NCBI GenBank assembly: GCA_043228905.1
Contig: JBHGNT010000003.1
Span: forward strand, 19,468,001-19,532,000
DNA length: 64,000 nucleotides
Origin: Azolla caroliniana
Taxonomy: Eukaryota; Plantae; Polypodiophyta
Direction of reading: 5' to 3'
The notes under the pieces were generated by a model. The model had not been told where the DNA came from. It saw only the letters and a program-made list of their open reading frames with translations, and did not search any database. Each line of letters opens with the position of its first letter. Within the stretch, counting starts at the first letter, position 1. Positions 38,428-51,116 of the stretch are shown piece by piece. The position numbers and the translations under genes are program-made.

Positions 38428-41400
38428 TGTTACCCGTTCCTTTGGGTGAACACCTTCGATAGACCTGCAGCTATCGGTATCCAAGGGCGTGGTATGTGAA
38501 GGCTCGTAACAGAGGCATCGTGAGGGAGAAAACGATCAGAGATAAAACACTAGCGAGATCTTGTTAAGCGTGGGCGGCACTGAAATCATAAGTATGAGCC
38601 AAAGCACAGATACATGGAGCAAAATGGGCACAAATCAGATATATTACTGCAACACCAAAAGGATTACAGAACACGGCCTACGGCCGATGCCCTTACAGGA
38701 TTATCTAGTTATGATCGACTAAGCTAGTGCTTCCGCTTATATTTTTCTCTCTCTCTCTGAGGTGCTCGACCTTGTTTAAATAACATTTCCCCTAATACAT
38801 AGCCCGTGATACTCGGACTCGGCGCTCGTTGGCGTTCTTTCCTACTCGGTTACACTACCGTCGTTTGCTAATTTCCTAATTTTTACATTTCTGTCCTCTG
38901 GACAACACCTGGCACGCCCGTGGGACAGGACCTTGTCCGTCGGACCCACGACTTACAAAATACTAACAACATTACAAAAATTGCCTTTTAGGCGTGATCC
39001 TCCTTTCGTTCCTCTTCTAAGATGTCGAGGATGTTTTCGGGGTCCGGGGTGGTGGCAGGGTGGTCTGGTTGGACTGTCGGTGCGGGGGGTTGACTTTGGT
39101 CTGGGGGTGTCATATCCTCTCGGGCGTCCGTCTCAGGTGCGGCTGATTCTTTTGGTGGTGGTGTGGGTTCGAGGGCGATGTCCTCTACTTTGACTGGATC
39201 TGGTACCATGTGGGCGTCCTCGAGAGGTCTGTTGGCCGGGGCGAGTTCCTCCTGTGCCGTGTCCGTGATCTCCTCACTGGGAGGTTCTTCCTTCTGCTCT
39301 GTGGCTGTTGGAGGGCTGGTCGGGATGGCTGCGAGTCGTTCTCATTCGAAGGCTTCTACTTCCAGGCGAAACAACATCTGATCGTCATTGAAGTCCTCCA
39401 GTATTTGCTCGATTGCCGCGGTGTGAGATTTTGCCAAGGACTGGTAATCCTCGGTTAAATCTACACGGAGGTTTTGTATGCTGGCTTCATCCATTTTGTA
39501 AAAGCCGCGGCCCTCCTTTCGTCGGTTCTCGGCGTCGGCGCGTAAAATATGCAATTCGGCAGCTTGGGCTGCCCATTCTTCTCCTGCGCGACTTAATGTT
39601 TCCTCGACCTTTTTGGTGAGGTGTTGGCGCTGTTTCTCGATCAGTATTCTGATGCGTGTCTCATCAAAGTCGGGCTGTGCTCGGACTGCTACCAATTCCT
39701 CTTTTAAGCCGTTGACCTCGACCTGAAGCTTCTTTGCGAGTAGTTCATAGGTGGCTTGAGTGTTCTTTGCGTCCGCGGTTACGAGCTGGATAGACTGCTC
39801 GTAATGCTTGGTGAGCTCTTCGTTAGCTTTCTCCCATTCTTTTTGACACACGGCCTGGACTTGTTCCCGTTCAACGATTCTCTCTTCTTGTAGGGCGAAG
39901 TAGGAATAAGATAATTTGTCTTTTTGCTCCGAAAGTAGCTTGCATTTGATGAAAAACTCGTCAGCCATTTCTTTAAGGTTCGTATGCTGACTCTGTAGCT
40001 CGGCATTCTCCGCGATCATTCTCTCCTCCCGTTGGCGATTTCTTTCCTCCTGCCGGTGGTTCCAGTCTTTCGCATTGTCGAGCGCGGCTTGTAGGTCTAG
40101 GACCTCCTTCTCTTTCTCTGCCATTGTGGCCGCGTATTCCTCCAGCTTGCTTTTGAGTTCTGCTTCTTTGCCCGCGGCTTGCGCTTGTACCCGGCCCAGT
40201 GCTTCTGTCTGCTCGTGTATCCTTTGGTCGGCCTGGGCTCTAATCTCGACCATCTGTTTGGAAGCTTCTTCTTTTAAGCGAGCCATGGCCTCTTGATGCC
40301 GTTGTTTGTGTCTCTCGGTCCACCATTGTTCTTCTTTAAGCTCCGCTCGGTAATCCCGGAGCGGGGGTTCTGTCAGGGTTGCGACCTCCTTGGTTGGACG
40401 AGGGGGTGGTATCTCGGTCTTCTCCATGGGCGTGTCCGCCTCGGTTGTTGTGTAGGCATCGGCCATTTGTAACGAGTCCGTTAGTGTGCTGGCCTGGATC
40501 GTCAGGATTGAATCCGTGACGGTGCTTCCATCTATCATTGTTATGCTTGGAGGGGCTGGGAGGGCCTCGGTGGTCGTGGCCGGAAGGCTCAAGAGTTGTT
40601 GTTCTGGCCGGTTTTGCTCCCAGGCTGCCAGTTTTTGTTTCGCAGCGTGCCATAATTCCGTAGCCACCTTAGCCTGTTTTTGGGCTGTTTTTATCTTTCG
40701 GGCCATGTCTTTGGCTGCCTGCGTAGTGCGATCTAGGTCCCTATATGCCTCGATAAGGGCCGTGTTCAACTCGGGGACCTCCATGAGGAGAGCGGCCTGT
40801 TTTGCCTGCTTCTTCCTCCCTATTTTTTGTAAAGCCCTGTCGTCTTGGGGCTCAATTTCACCTAATAGCGCGCGTTGAATCATTTTTGTTTCGGCGTGCT
40901 CTTCCGCCATTCGAGCGGCTGCCGCGACTTGGGCTCTGGCGAGGAAGTTGACCAGCTCGAATGTCGTACCGAGGCGTAGGAGCGCACTAAATTCGTAAGC
41001 CTCCGCGGGGAGGTGGCCGAGACCTCGTGGTGCGAGGGGGCGCCGTAACGGCGGCTGGTGGTTACCTTCAACGAAGTTCGCTGTGCACCCACAACTGTAA
41101 CCGGGTGTGCCAAATTGTGTTACCCGTTCCTTTGGGTGAACACCTTCGATAGACCTGCGGCTATCGGTATCCAAGGGCGTGGTACGTGAAGGCTCGTAAT
41201 AGAGGCGTCGTGAGGGAGAAAACGATCAGAGAGAAAACACCAGCGAGATCTTGTTAAGCGTGGGCGGCGCTAAAATCATAAGTATGAGCCAAAGCATAGA
41301 TACATGGAGCAAAATGGGCACAAATCCGATATATTACTGCAACACCAAAAGGATTACAGAACACGGCCTATGGCCGGTGCCCTTACAAGATTATCTAGTT

Positions 41401-41597
41401 ACGATCGACTAAGCTAGTGCTTCCGCCTATATTTTTCTCTCTCTCTCTGAGGTGCTCGACCTTGTTTAAATAACGTTTCCCCTAATACACAGCCCGTGAT
41501 ACTCGGACTCGGCGCTCGTTGGCGTTCTTTCCTACTCGGTTACACTACCGCCGTTTGCTAATTTCCTAATTTTTACATTTCTATCCTCTGGACAACA
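38428..41597 (-). mobile_element. non-autonomous LTR element F (3170 bp) with a single coiled-coil ORF and PBS-like motifs at both internal ends
   Basis: 480-bp direct repeats 38428-38907 and 41118-41597 with TG...CA ends. Degenerate 5-bp TSD GCACC/ACACT, whose removal restores the host copia protease motif WLLDSGATF. Strand inferred from the ORF and a TATA-like motif in the LTR. Confidence 0.9.
38988..41174 (-). CDS. long coiled-coil protein of unknown function carried by element F; one internal TGA at 39342-39344, then an in-frame Pro/Thr/Asp-rich tail
   Basis: The 610-codon ORF 39342-41174 and ORF 38988-39209 share a frame. A/E/K/Q-rich heptads. No gag, PR, RT or INT motifs. The start is uncertain (first ATG near 40910). 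Confidence 0.7.
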
Positions 41598-42298
41598 ACA
41601 CTGGAATCCAGTAACCATGTGTGTGCATCCTGTGCATTGTAGAGAACTTCTCCGATCACTGAATCCTCTAAGGAGAGAATTTCTCCTGATCAAGTGTCAA
41701 CAACATTGATTTGGTTGCCTGTAGGAGAGTGGTCCGAATCAGGTTGTCCTCGATTCCACTCGGATCGCCGACCACTCTCTTTTCTCTAGATTGATCAGTA
41801 GTCGGAAATATTGTGGCCAACTTTTCTGTAGTGTGTGCAAAATTCGCCTGATCAACCCGTTCTTGACTTTGACCGTTGTCAGTTTCCCCTTGATTTTGAT
41901 CGGTTGGTATTCCGACCGGTTCTCTCAGCTTGTTCTCTCATTCGACTTTGTCGATTGAACAACTCGGTCGAGTGATGGGCTTCTGCCGATTCATCGATGG
42001 TAAGTCCCATCGATTTTCGCCGAATTTCCTCGGTGAGGACTTGGCTGATCGTCTCATCCAGATTTAGGATTGGTCGACTATTGGCGTATGTCGTACAAAA
42101 TACCTCCCAACTCGCTGGCAAGCTCGATAGGAGGGCAAGGGCTTTCACTTATTCTTCGAAGTTGATCCCTTGTGAGGAGAGTTTTGACAACACCCGACTG
42201 AAGGTGTTGATGTGGGAGGTAGCCAGATTGGTCTCTCTCATCTTCATGTTGAACAATTGTTTGATCAGAATCAGTTTTGAAGATGAGGAGTTCTTCTC
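41598..42298 (-). mobile_element. copia C gag and protease start
   Basis: KALALLSSLPASWEVF, EKNSSSSKLILIKQLFNMKM, WLLDS. Confidence 0.82.
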
Positions 42299-44155
42299 AA
42301 GTAGCAAACTATCTTACAATAATGGTGAGCTCAACTATTGCTAAATTATATAGTACTATTATGGAGCAAAAGATAAGCACATGGGCTGAGAGCAAAAGAG
42401 CACTTGGGCAAGCCGGATTTAGACCAAAACACTCCACCGTGGATCATTTGGTCACATTAAGAGTAATCATGGAAGAGAGTCGACTACAAGGAAAAACACT
42501 TTATTTTTGTTTTGTTGATTTCAAGAAAGCTTTTGATACCGTACCACGAAGTGAGCTTTGGTATAGAATGGTAGACATTGACATGCCATTAGAGTACCGA
42601 GTTGCAGTTGCACGCCTATATGAACAAGTTAAATGCCAACTAAAAATGGATAGTGGATTCTCAAAGAGCTTTTTAAGTAACATGGGGGTCAAGCAAGGAT
42701 GTCCACTATCACCCACACTCTTTGGCTCATGTATTGATAAATTAGAAGAAGTGGTGAATAAGGTTGCAAGAGAAGAATGATGGAATGACCCCAATTTGAT
42801 GCAACATGTTATCTTATTGCTTCTATATGCAGATGATGTGGTACTCTTCTCATATGATGTTGATAGTATGCAACATTTACTTGGGGTATTAGAAGAATTT
42901 TGCCATAGTAGTGGACTAGCAGTGAATGTGGAGAAAACAAAAATGATGGTAGTGCAAACCATCCAACCTTATCATTACCCTATGCTCACATATAAAGGTG
43001 AACATATACAATTTGTTAAAAGCTTTAAATATCTTGGTATTGATGTACCCGCCACAAATAAATGGAGTGCATGCTTTGATTCTAGACTCCAAGCCGGTTG
43101 GAAATCATATAACCTTTTGGAGAACCAATGCAACCAAAGTGATACTTGTGGATGGGAAGTAAAATTAATGTTGTTCAATGCCATGGTAACTCAAGTATTG
43201 CTTTATGGAGTAGAAGTATGGGGTGGCACCATCTCTCTTAATGCTTGGAACGAGATTGAGAAAATTCAAAAGATGTTTTAAGGAGGCAATTAGGAGTTAA
43301 ATGCACTACCTCTTACGAGGTTATGTTCTTGGAAACGGGTGTTCGACCCATAGAACTATTGGCACTCCAAAGAGTATATAAATACATTACAAAAGTCAAG
43401 AATATGCTGAATCATCGATTACCACATCTTTCTTGGAATGTTGGATGTAAGCTACAAAAGAATCATAAAAGTAAGATTCTCTCATCTGGTTGGGTTGTTG
43501 ACATAAAGAAATGGTTTAGAAGATGGGGTGTAGATGATCTTTTAGAGCTTTCAGGCAATGCTATGCAATATGTAATGATTGAGGAAAGGTTGGTGGAATC
43601 ATTAAGGGTGAAGTGGGAGGATGCTAAGAGGACAAAGCTAGAATACTACATTGCAAATGTCAACCCTGAATGTTGGTCTCAATATAAAGCAAGAATGTCT
43701 ATTGATTGTATCCAACCTTATCTCATTACCAATATGAGTAGCAATGCTCGTAGAGCCCTTACACTACTTCGCACTCAATCTCACAAGTTAGGTATTGAAG
43801 TTGCATCATGGTATCAAAATGTAACGAATTTGAAGACATGTAAAGTATGCAATGAAGGCATGGTAGAGGATGAATGTCACTTGCTCTTCACATGCTCGAC
43901 ATATAGTGCAATTCATTCAAGATATATTGACATACTAAGAGGGAGTGATAACTTAAGATCCATACTTAAGACACCACCTAGAAGGTTGAGCTCATATGTG
44001 TATGCTTTATTAACACATAGAGACTTTGTGCTTCAACATATGAATACCCCTTCTTAGGAAGGAGACATATATCAAGAACACATGTATACTCTAGTCCCAT
44101 AGGTCAAAATTGGCCTCTTTATGGACAATAAAAATTCTAATTCTAATTCTAATTC
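42299..44155 (+). mobile_element. 5'-truncated non-LTR retrotransposon, RTEX-like (RT plus C-terminal CCHC finger)
   Basis: QAGFR, CFVDFKKAFD, GVKQGCPLSP, LLYADD, RTQSHKLGIE...CKVC...EDECHLLFTC. AATAAA at 44127 followed by an (AATTCT)n tail at 44133-44155. Confidence 0.88.
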
Positions 44156-47100
44156 CTCTCTTCTTGTGATCTCTTTATATCTTTCTTATGTCACTCTATC
44201 TTTTGTCTTGGTTCTAACAGTTTGATTCGAATTTCCTCTCTCTCCTTTATCCTCCTCTATAAACATCACAAAACCATGGCTGCCATCAACTCAGAAGAAT
44301 ATCTCACCCTTGTTGCTGAAAAATCCAAGTTCGCATCTCTTGAATTAGAGAATCAACGTCTTCTTGGAGATCTACAAAAGGTTATTGTGGAGAAGCAACA
44401 ACAACAAGAGGAGTTTATGCGACAGGTGGAACAGCTAGAGTCAACAATCGTAATTTTACATCAACAAAGGGGCGAAGGTCAAGGAATTATCAAGGAGCCC
44501 AAAATCAGCCCGCTCGTTAAATTTGATGGTTCGAGGGCGCATTTCTGAGGTTTCTTGAATCAAGTGTGGTTGGTAATTCAAATGCATCCCACACGTTATC
44601 CAACAGATGCATCTCAAGTCAGGTTAGTGGGCACCTTATTGACTGGCATAGCGTTGTCATGGTTTGCTCCATTATTAGAGACAAATTCTCCTCTACTCCA
44701 TAATTTTGAGGAATTTGTCAAAGAATTTAAGGCTTGCTTTGGAGATATAGACGGGGCAAGAACAACGGTCAATAAGATTCGTACACTACGTCAAGGTGAT
44801 CAGCTAGCATGAACATATGCAACCAATTTTCGTCTCATCGCAAGTGATATTCCTTGGGATGAACAAGCTCTAATGGAGCAGTTTCGTTCCGGTCTTCATA
44901 GCGATGTAAAAGACTTACTTCTTACATTCCCCGAGGATCCAAAATCTCTTAAAGATGCTATTAGTCGAGCAATACGTTGCGATAATCGTCTTTTTGAGCG
45001 TTGATGTGAATGACAACAAATAGCAAGATCAGATTCACACCAACTTATGCATCAGTAATGGCACAATCATCTCCAAGGAAAACATATAACCCTGCTCCAA
45101 CTCCAAGGCAACCACGTAGTCCAGCCCCAATGGATAGGCCTACACCCATGGAGATCGATATGACCCAATGATGAGGACCGTTGTCGGATGAAGAAAAATA
45201 ACGACGTCAAGCAAACCATCAGTGCTTATATTGTGGAGGTCTAGGACATATAGCCATTACCGTAGGCCAAGACGTCAGGTAAATCAAATTCACTATGACA
45301 ATAAAACTGAGTCCAACATTTTAGAAGCACTTAGTGATCCTAATATTATGAATAATCCACCCTTGTCCAATAAATTTGAAGTCCTAAGCCAATTAGAAGA
45401 GGACTCAAATGAATAAGTCCTACCAAAATAGGAGCCATTTGGTTGGACACCTCTAGATTTGTACAACCTACTGTAGGTTCTATTTCTTCCAAGCATGTTA
45501 GTAGAGTCTTCTCAGCCCAAGTACATGTTAGGACACTGAGTTGTCAACTTCAGTTCAAGCCCTCTTAGATACCAGTGCCAATTCTTGTTTCATGGATAGG
45601 GATTTTGCCCAAAAACATCAAATATCCTTGCATACCCTTCATTGCCCGGTTTCTATAGTAGTGATTGATGGACGTCCCATAGCTTCCGAGAAGATAATCG
45701 AAGAGTCTGAGCCAATACATATACTCTTAGGTGATTTAGGATGTGTAGTTTCCTTTAACATAATACGTAGCCCCGAGCATCCAATTGTTCTTGGTTTGCC
45801 ATGGTTTGAGCTACATAACTCAAGAATCGATTAGAGGAGGCTAGAAATTTGGTGCCCATCATCAGAAAACATTATTGCTAAGGATTGAACCCATATCAAG
45901 AATATGCTAATGTCTTTGATAAAGTCAAAGCTAGTGTACTTCCAAGGCATCAACTGTACGATTGTCCCATTGATCTTCAACTAGGAAAAGAGCCACCGTG
46001 GGGTCCAATCTACAATCTATCACCAACTAAGCTTGAGGTTCTTCGAGAATACATCGAGGAGAATCTTGCCCATGGGTTCATTCGACATTCAAAGTCTCCA
46101 ATTGGTGCTCCCATATTTTTTGTGAAGAAGAAGGATTGTTTACTTCATTTGGTCGTGGACTATCGGGGATTAAATAAAGTCACCATAAGAAATAGGTATG
46201 CTCTACCTTTAATCTCTAGTCTTTTAGAGCACATTGGTGGGGCAAATCATTTTACAAAAAATGATTTAAGGGGTGCATATAATCTAGTTCGAATTCGACC
46301 AGGAGATGAGTGGAAAATTGCATTTCGCACTCGGTATGATCATTTTGAGTATACAGTCATGCTTTCGGGCTCACAAATGCACCCGTGGTTTTCCAACATA
46401 TGGCAAATGACATTTTTCAAGATTTTCTGAATATCTTTCTCATCATCTATTTAGATGATCTACTGATTTACTCAAACACACAGGAGGAGCATGATATGCA
46501 TGTCCAGAAAGTACTTGAACGCTTAAGAAAGTATGGTCTGTATGCCAAACTTGAGAAGTGCATTTTTGACAGCAAACAAGTTGAATTCTTGGGTTATACT
46601 ATTTCGTCCAAGGGTATCTTCATGGGTCTAGCAAAAGTCAAAACAATCTTGGAATGGCAACCCCCACGTTCTATTCGAGACGTCCAATGTTTCCTCGGAT
46701 TTGCTAATTTCTATCATTAATTCATATGAAATTATTCAAAGAACGTGTTGCCTCTCACCCAACTCACCAAGAAAGATCAAACGTTTGTTTGGACTAATGA
46801 AGCAAACACGACCTTTACTCAGCTCAAAAAGGCATTCACATAAGCTCCTATCTTAGCGCATATTGATCCCGGACGGCCATTTACTATTGAGGCGGATGCA
46901 CCAGACTTTGCATTGGGGAGTATCCTATCACAACCAGGCAAGGACATGCAGTCCCATCCAGTCGCGTTTCACTCATGAAAATTTACTGCTGCGGAGATAA
47001 ACTACGATGTGCATGACAAGGAGTTATTAGTTGTGGTCGACTCTTTTGAGCAATGGTGACATTTCTTGGAAGGATCGCCTCATAAAATCATCATTTATAA

Positions 47101-47255
47101 TGATCACAAAAATCTTACGTATTTTGAAACGGCTCGAGTGTTAAATAGGAAGCAAGCTCAGTGGGCACAATTTCTAACTCGTTTTGATTTCAAGATCATT
47201 TTTCACCCCAGGAAACAACAAGGGAAAGTAGATGGTATGTCTTGACGATCATATC
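44156..47255 (+). mobile_element. degenerate Ty3/gypsy element G (Tcn1-like chromovirus): LTR end, gag, PR, RT, RNase H
   Basis: Retrotrans_gag motifs, ALLDTSANSCF, IYLDDLLIY, RNase H ending ...SYL at 47255, where element H is inserted. Homologous to H. Confidence 0.88.
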
Positions 47256-47461
47256 TGAACACGTTCGCGTTCACAAGTGGAAGGATCGCGCATAAATGGA
47301 AGGATAAGGAATATTTTGATTGATTTTAATACTTTTTCAATGATTTTACAAAATACATTGATACGAGTCATACATGTTCAAATAAATTGAGAAATCTAGA
47401 ATATACATCAATTTATATAATAAAACATAAATGAAAATAATATTCTACGTATTACAATGTA

Positions 47462-47516
47462 TAGTCTAATGGTCAAGAGCTCGACCTATGTAGCATAAGG
47501 TCATGGGTTCGAGTCT
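47462..47516 (+). promoter_or_regulatory. tRNA-like Pol III A box and B box inside the chromovirus H LTR
   Basis: TAGTCTAATGG (47462-47472) and GGTTCGAGTCT (47506-47516), 33 nt apart. Confidence 0.6.
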
Positions 47517-50500
47517 TGCCATATCATGACACTATCCCCCCTTTAAAACGACGAGTGTAACGAGTCGTTTTGGATTGAGGACCCGGTTTTTCTGGATATT
47601 GACGATGGAAGTCTTCAAGAAAAGCATGAGCATTGGTGACATTCTCTATCGGTTCCCAAGTACGCTCGCTGGGACTATATCCTAGCCAATCGACTAGATA
47701 GTAGAGTTTGTTGCGAACAAGCTTGGAATCAAGGATGGCGACAACCTCGTACTCAGGTCCATCTTCAAGCTCGATCGGGGGTGGAGGCTGTGTAATACAT
47801 CTTGGGATGGTGCTCTCTTGATAAGGTTCGAGGAGAGAACTATGAAACACCGGATGTATCCGAAGTTGTGGAGGTAGATCAAGACGAAAAGCGACATCAT
47901 TAATCTTTCCGATAATACGGAAAGGACCTAATCGCCGATAATCCAACTTCTCGCATGGGCGAGTAGTCTTGATATGTCGTTGGAGTAGTCATACCCGATC
48001 TCCAATGTTAAAACTAGATGGGAGTCGATGACGATCCGCATAAACCTTGTGTGTTTGTTGAGCTTGTTGGAGATTAGTAGATAAATCCGCTTGTATCTTG
48101 CGTAACCTCTCCAAACAATCCTCTGCGCAAGGATTTGTGGACACCTCTGGGGTTTCAAGTACACACCACCAGGGGTGACATCCCGTATAAGCATAAAATG
48201 GTGTAACTTTCGTGGATGCGTGGATAGAGTTGTTATAGGCAAATTCGGCGAAGTGGAGAATATCTGCCCAGTCATCCTGATGATAGCTGAGAAAGCACTG
48301 CAGATACTGCTCCTGCGTTTGATTGGTTCGTTTGGCTTGGCCTTCGGTTTGTGGGTGGTAGCCGGAGGAGAGGTTACAAGAGACCTTGACCATGTTAAAA
48401 AGGTGCTTCCAGAATTTCGACACGAACTGGGGTCCACAGTCGCTGATGATACTATCGGGAAGTCCATGATGCCGACATACTTCACGCATGACAATTTCGG
48501 CAGTGTCTTCACTGGAGATCTCCTTAGTACATGGCAAGAAATGAGCCATCTTCGTATATCGATTGACCACCGTTAGAATCGCATTGAACCCCTTAGAGAC
48601 TAGAAGATCTGTGATGAAGTCTAGAGCAATGGATTGTCATGGCTTGCTCGAAATTGGTAATGGTTCTAATAAACCATATGAATGATGCCTTGGCATTTTC
48701 GCTCTACAGCATGTATCACAAGTCCGAACAAAATCCTCGACAAATTGTCGCATACAGGGCCACCAGAATGATCGTTGTACTAAATGTAGTGTTTTAGTAC
48801 TACCAAAATGCCCAGTTGTATATGTGTCATGACAGTTTTGTACTACTTGAAGACGGCAAGAACCATTAGGAACATACAAAAGTTCTTTAAAGAAGAGTAA
48901 TCCATCATGGTATTTGAATTGCCGATAGTCTGTACCTGGTGGTTGCGACTGTGAACACGACGTTCGAGAGGGATCAATTTGTGCTAGTATAGCTTGGGCG
49001 AACGCATCTGTCTTCAAGTCTTCGCGTATGGTATCGATAATGCGGGAATCCATGGGCATGTCAAAGATCTGTGTTGCTTGTAGTCGTGCCAGTCCCAAGA
49101 TGACTTGTTTTTGGTTATCGAAAGCTGGCTCGCCAGGACGGGGTGCTAGATACGAACGCCGTGATAATGCATCTGCCTTCCCTTGGTGCTTCCCCGGACG
49201 ATATGTAATTTTGAAGTCGAAACGCGTGAGGAAGTGGGCCCACCGAGCTTGACGTCGATTCAACACACGAGCATCCTGAAAGTAGGCAAGGTTCTTGTGG
49301 TCGCTAAATACGGTGACCGGATGAGAGGATCCCTCCAGAAAATGCCTCCATTGCATAAAAGAATCCACTATTGCCAATAGCTCCTTATCATGAATTTCGT
49401 AGTTGATTTCGGCGGCGTCAAACTTGCGTGAGTGAAAAGCCACAGGATGTAGCTTCTCATCATTCCCCTGTTGTGACAGAATGCTTCCCAATGCAAAATC
49501 CGATGTGTCAGCTTCGATAATGAATGGTTTTTCCGGATCGACATGAGCTAGAATTGGAGCCGATGTAAATGCCTTTTTAAGACTCTCGAAAGCCACGTCC
49601 GTTTCTTCAGACCAGATGAACGGTTGTCCCTTCTTGGTAAGTTGTGTGAGAGGTAGAACGATCTTTGAGTAATCTTGTATGAACTTCCGGTAAAAATTGG
49701 CAAAGCCTAGGAAGCATTGCACATACCGCACCGAACGTGGAGTCTGCCATTCTACCAACATTTTGATCTTAGCTGGGTCCATGGAGATGCCTTCTGACGA
49801 AATGATGTAGCCGAGAAATTCCACTTGGTTGCACCCGAAACTACATTTTTCCAGCTTTGCATACAGACCATGTTCTTGAAGTCGTTTTAGTACTAATAGT
49901 ACATGAGAATCATGTTCTTCTTGGGTCTTTGAATAAACCAGTAGATCATCCAAATAGATGATCAAACAATCATCCAATAGATCTCGGAATATATCATTAG
50001 CCATGTGCTGGAAGACTGCCAGTGCATTAGTGAGGCCGAACGGCATGACCGTATACTCGAAGTGCCATATCTGGTGCAAAACGCGGTCTTCCATTTGTCT
50101 CCTGGTCGGATCCGTACGAGGTTATATGCTCCCCGTAAGTCGATCTTCATGAAGAACCTGGCACCATTGATCCGTTCTAAAAGACTTGAGATAAGGGGAA
50201 GAGCATACCTATTCCTGATTGTAACCTTATTCAAGCCACGGTAATCTACAACGAGATGAAGCGATCCATCCTTTTTCTTGACGAAGAAAATGGGCGCGCC
50301 GGCTGGAGATTTCGAATGCCGGATGAAACCATTTTCCAAATTCTCCTCTATATAGGCCCGAAGGACTTCCAACTCGGTTGGTGACAAATTGTAGATCGGT
50401 CCCCATGGCGGCTCTTTCCCGGTTGTAAATTGATGGGGCAATAGTACGGTCGATGATGAGGAAGTGTGTTGGCTTGTACTTTATCGAACACATCGGCGTA

Positions 50501-51071
50501 ATGACGATACTTCTCGGGAAGTTGAACGGTGGATTCTTCTTTAGTGGTGCTGGAGGGGTTTACTGATATTGCAAAGAGGAACATTTCCTCCTTGTGCCCT
50601 TCTTTACGCAACTGACGTAGCGAAATGGTTGCCATCTTCTGAGTTGACCCTTGGGTTTGTCGACACCGGATTTCTCTTGTTCTCCAATCTATGTCTGGGT
50701 TATGTAACTCGAACCATGGTAATCCTAAAACTATGGGATGTTCTAGGTACTAATAATATTAAATGATACTACACATGCTAAGTTATCTAGGACAATATTA
50801 ATGGGCTCTGACTCTTCGATGATATTCCGGAAGCAATGGGACATCCATCAATGACTACTACAGAGGCTGGACATTGGAGTTTTCTTAGGGATATCTTATG
50901 AGCTTGAACAAATTTCTTATCCATAAAGCAAGAGTTAGCTCCGGAATCTAGGAGTGCTAGGACATGTACTGGAGGGGTACTTTTAGTACTAACTATTACT
51001 TGGGCTACGAACACATCACTAACTTGCTTAGAGGGAATGGAACCACTAATGGGCTGCACAGATCTAGGGCT

Positions 51072-51116
51072 GTCCAACCAAATGGCTCCTATTTTGGTTG
51101 GACTTAGTCGTTTAAC
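51072..51116 (-). promoter_or_regulatory. -1 ribosomal frameshift signal (gag/pol) of element H
   Basis: G_TTA_AAC heptamer, 6-nt spacer containing the gag stop, then an 11-bp stem GTCCAACCAAA/TTTGGTTGGAC. The protease ORF is in the -1 frame. Confidence 0.75.

Noticed and set aside
39342-41174. Host myosin/SMC-like gene
   Set aside because: Intronless, enclosed by LTRs with a TSD, and lacking motor or ATPase motifs.
47452-47526. Functional tRNA gene
   Set aside because: The acceptor stem and anticodon loop do not fold canonically. Kept only as a tRNA-like A/B-box module.
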